A DNA stretch of 16,579 nucleotides from a virus (taxonomy: Duplodnaviria; Heunggongvirae; Uroviricota; Caudoviricetes): the IMG/VR virus record IMGVR_UViG_3300014205_000209. The stretch is one strand, 5' to 3'. Position numbers and translations under genes: made by a program. Shown here piece by piece: positions 14,118 through 16,579 of the stretch; the first letter of the stretch is position 1; every line of letters starts with the position of its first letter. The notes under the pieces are model-generated. The model worked only from the letters and a program-made list of their open reading frames with translations, was not told where the DNA came from and searched no databases.

Positions 14118-15123
14118 TAAATTTTTTCCATTGAGGTACACTTTTAGATCTGTCATATTGTTCATATACAAATTCTTTGTTTCTTTTATAAAATGAACCA
14201 CCACCTTTACATGGCTGATTATATGATGGTCCATGATTTTTAAATCTACCATTTATAGTAGTCACATACTTATGACAAATATGACATTTTTTCTTGTTTG
14301 AATTATATGAATGTTCAGTTGTAGTTTTAAATGATGTTTTTTGTTCTGGTGCACATTTGAATTGTTGTAATGTACACATATCTGGATTTTTGTCAGTTCT
14401 AAAATGTTCAAAAGACGGATGTCTCAATTTTCCTGATTCAAAAACACCTTTTCCAGAACATTGAATTACTTTACCAATATATTTTTGCTGATTATTATAT
14501 GCATCAACCCTTAGATTATAATCTAATCCACCTCCGACATTCCCTAGTTCAACTAATGTACCATTGATATATAATCCAATTTTAAAACCTTTAATGGCCA
14601 CTCCGTTGAATGATTCTGCATCAGATAATTCTATTCCAGTGATTACATAATCACCAGTATATGATTGTTTATATCTAAAAAATTCACCTGTTATTAAATT
14701 TTTAAGAATTAAACCTTCAAATCCACTTATTATTTGATCAAAATTTTCACGAACTTGTTTATGTGTGAAACGAGGAACCCAAAAACCTAAATTTGAATCA
14801 AATTGTGAACCATATTGTTGATTTGACCAATGAACAATCAATTTATCTTTATGCTTGTGTTTTATAGCCCATTGTGTACCTTGTAAATACTCACAATTAT
14901 AAAATTGACCTTGTTTAGATTTTATATCTGATCTTAGTAACCTTCCAGTTTTAGAAAAAAGACCAAGTTCACATAATGTTGTGAACCATCCATCCCACTT
15001 TTGTTCAACAATCCAAGTTGGTTCTGGACAACTATCCAACATTTGTAAAAATTCTTGTTTAGAATTTATGTTAGAATAAGGGAACTTAGTATGAAAAGTT
15101 CCATTTTGAATTTCTTGTAACAT
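14104..15123 (-). CDS. Compact ATP-dependent DNA ligase with C-terminal zinc finger
   Basis: Motif I EQKWDG, motif IV EGLILK, motif V YK..TGDYVITG, OB-fold GNVGGGL and KLRHPSF..FRTDK; tail C-x2-C-x13-H-x7-C. Confidence 0.85.
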   Translation of the reverse strand: MLQEIQNGTFHTKFPYSNINSKQEFLQMLDSCPEPTWIVEQKWDGWFTTLCELGLFSKTGRLLRSDIKSKQGQFYNCEYLQGTQWAIKHKHKDKLIVHWSNQQYGSQFDSNLGFWVPRFTHKQVRENFDQIISGFEGLILKNLITGEFFRYKQSYTGDYVITGIELSDAESFNGVAIKGFKIGLYINGTLVELGNVGGGLDYNLRVDAYNNQQKYIGKVIQCSGKGVFESGKLRHPSFEHFRTDKNPDMCTLQQFKCAPEQKTSFKTTTEHSYNSNKKKCHICHKYVTTINGRFKNHGPSYNQPCKGGGSFYKRNKEFVYEQYDRSKSVPQWKKFNVNN

Positions 15124-15338
15124 TAACTTAATTTACCGGATATAAATTTCAAAATTCTAAATGCCCAATAAATAGGCCATAAAACAGCAATTATTAAACA
15201 ACTTAAATTTATACTAAAAAAACGAATTAAATCGAAACGTTGCTGTGATTGAATACTTTTCAAAACACAAAAAGTTGAAACCGCGATAAATGAATAAAGT
15301 ATCAAATTCTGTGAAATTAGTGAAATTAATTCTGTCAT
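15123..15338 (-). CDS. Small two-TM membrane protein
   Basis: Two hydrophobic segments and an LWPIY motif; SD AAGGAG; TAATG-coupled to the ligase. Confidence 0.7.
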   Translation of the reverse strand: MTELISLISQNLILYSFIAVSTFCVLKSIQSQQRFDLIRFFSINLSCLIIAVLWPIYWAFRILKFISGKLS

Positions 15339-15340
15339 AT

Positions 15341-15386
15341 ATTCTCCTTTTTATAGAAATATCAATTCACTTTGTAAAAAAAGATT
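15341..15386 (-). promoter_or_regulatory. Repeated element copy 3 / putative promoter TTTACA-N17-TATAAA
   Basis: AATC-T7-acaaagtga-ATTGATATTT-ctataaa-AAGGAGAAT. Confidence 0.7.
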
Positions 15387-15387
15387 T

Positions 15388-15726
15388 TTATTTTGACAAT
15401 TTTTCGAAATGTGAAATAGTATTTTTTCCTTTGTGTCCAAACTTTTCAACTAATTCATGATACATTTTAGCAACAATACTATTATTTGTTCTACCATCAA
15501 ATCTAATGTTTCCACCACTATTTTCAGGAATATATTCAATCCATAATCCTGATTGATTTTCAAAAATTTGAAAATCCCAAAATGGTTTTTCATTTTTAAT
15601 ATGTACAAACCAAATATCGTCTTCGTCATCATGTTTAACATCACAATTTAATTCATTTGCGAAATTATAACATTTTGTCACAACTGGCACTATTTCATTT
15701 TCTGGCATTTGTCTAATGTCAAACAT
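15388..15726 (-). CDS. Hypothetical protein
   Basis: 112 aa; SD AGAAGGA upstream. Confidence 0.65.
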   Translation of the reverse strand: MFDIRQMPENEIVPVVTKCYNFANELNCDVKHDDEDDIWFVHIKNEKPFWDFQIFENQSGLWIEYIPENSGGNIRFDGRTNNSIVAKMYHELVEKFGHKGKNTISHFEKLSK

Positions 15727-15737
15727 ATTTTTTCCTT

Positions 15738-16220
15738 CTAAAAATTTTTATTTAAAAAAATTACAAATCTATTTTTTATCGATTTAATTAGTGATCTTTT
15801 TTCTTCTGTTTTAAAAATCCATTGTATTTTTGTTATTGCATTCTTTTCAGGTTGTTTTACAAATTCAAAATTTTTAATAGCATTTTTAAACATAAGCATT
15901 GTTCTGGAACTTGGACGTGATTCAACAAATTCAACTTCAGATCCAAATGAAGTAAATATTCCACTTTTTAACCATGCATAATATTTGTTTTCATTCCAAA
16001 ATTTAAATATTACTCCATTAGAAAAATAAATTTCAGTTGTTGTAATATTTTCAGTGTCTGAATTAACTCGTAAATTTTGATTTATTTTAACAATTTTTTC
16101 AGTTTTTAATAAGTTTGAAAGTCGTTCATCATATTCAAAATTCAATTTATAATTGTAATGAAAATCTGGAAATCTTCTATAAATTATGTCATTGATTAAA
16201 ATTTTAATTTTTTTCTTCAT
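15738..16220 (-). CDS. Hypothetical protein
   Basis: 160 aa in operon register. Confidence 0.6.
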   Translation of the reverse strand: MKKKIKILINDIIYRRFPDFHYNYKLNFEYDERLSNLLKTEKIVKINQNLRVNSDTENITTTEIYFSNGVIFKFWNENKYYAWLKSGIFTSFGSEVEFVESRPSSRTMLMFKNAIKNFEFVKQPEKNAITKIQWIFKTEEKRSLIKSIKNRFVIFLNKNF

Positions 16221-16579
16221 TTACTATATTTTTTAAATTTTTATAAAATGTTTCAATATCTATATCTGATAGCCCAGCCATTTGTCCATCATTTATTTCT
16301 ACTAAAATCCATCCACCTTTTTCTTTTTCAGCAATATCTAAAACAAAAAAATTAGCATAATTACTAACTATTTTTGCAATTGTATTGGCAAATTCTATCG
16401 CACCATTATCATTTATTTGTGATTTGTCATCAGCTAATGACCAATAAAATCCATGTGCTATCATTTTATCTTTATAATAGAAAAAACGCCATTCATTACT
16501 AAATGGTAAACCATTAATTCCAACACCAATACTTTTAAGTTTTACATATTTTCTGTATATAATATCCTGTGAACATATT
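16204..16579 (-). CDS. ATP-grasp domain protein (DUF4343/R2K-like), partial, begins upstream of the window
   Basis: The frame is open to the window edge (ICSQDIIYRKYVKLKSIGVGINGLPFSNEWRFFYYKDK-MIAHGFYW...). Motifs EWRFF, FFVLDIAE and WILVEINDGQMAGL. Confidence 0.85.
   Translation of the reverse strand, partial: ICSQDIIYRKYVKLKSIGVGINGLPFSNEWRFFYYKDKMIAHGFYWSLADDKSQINDNGAIEFANTIAKIVSNYANFFVLDIAEKEKGGWILVEINDGQMAGLSDIDIETFYKNLKNIVNEEKN

Noticed and set aside
14118-14252. 45-aa N-terminal extension of the YkgJ ORF overlapping the ligase
   Set aside because: The YkgJ motif begins right after Met at 14117, and the overlap codes the ligase's Cys/His tail in the other frame.
15450-15644. Nested minus-strand 64-aa ORF
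   Set aside because: Out of frame inside 15388..15726, with no SD and no motif.
1-16579. Stop-codon reassignment (code 15 or 4), as seen in some large phages
   Set aside because: Long conserved enzymes are intact under code 11, and TAG, TGA and TAA all terminate genes at sensible, coupled positions.
1-16579. tRNA, rRNA, CRISPR array, IS element or structured ncRNA
   Set aside because: Intergenic gaps are short and AT-rich or filled by small ORFs; no cloverleaf, regularly spaced repeats or transposase motifs were seen by eye.

Overview
Very AT-rich (roughly 75% AT by eye), densely packed window. Every credible gene lies on the minus strand, with AGGAG-type Shine-Dalgarno sites and ATGA/TAATG start-stop coupling, under standard code 11. 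The content best fits an accessory/host-takeover region of a jumbo (huge) bacteriophage; this is an inference. Recognisable genes are a T4 Rnl1-type RNA ligase, a compact ATP-dependent DNA ligase, a stand-alone translation initiation factor IF-1, a Mesh1/SpoT-type HD hydrolase, an HNH protein, DUF3008 and many short hypotheticals. Auxiliary genes include an M29 aminopeptidase, a GH5 endoglycoceramidase-like lipoprotein, an HD-CoaD fusion, a STAS protein, an orphan receiver domain, DUF4419, a YkgJ-type Cys-cluster protein, and partial SAM methyltransferase and ATP-grasp genes at the edges. Manual translation adds seven ORFs missing from the track: the edge methyltransferase, three tandem membrane microproteins, two Cys-rich microproteins and a 16-aa peptide. 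A TGATAT-core element recurs just upstream of four ribosome-binding sites. No tRNA, rRNA, CRISPR array or IS element was seen. All family assignments come from motif recognition by eye, not database searches.
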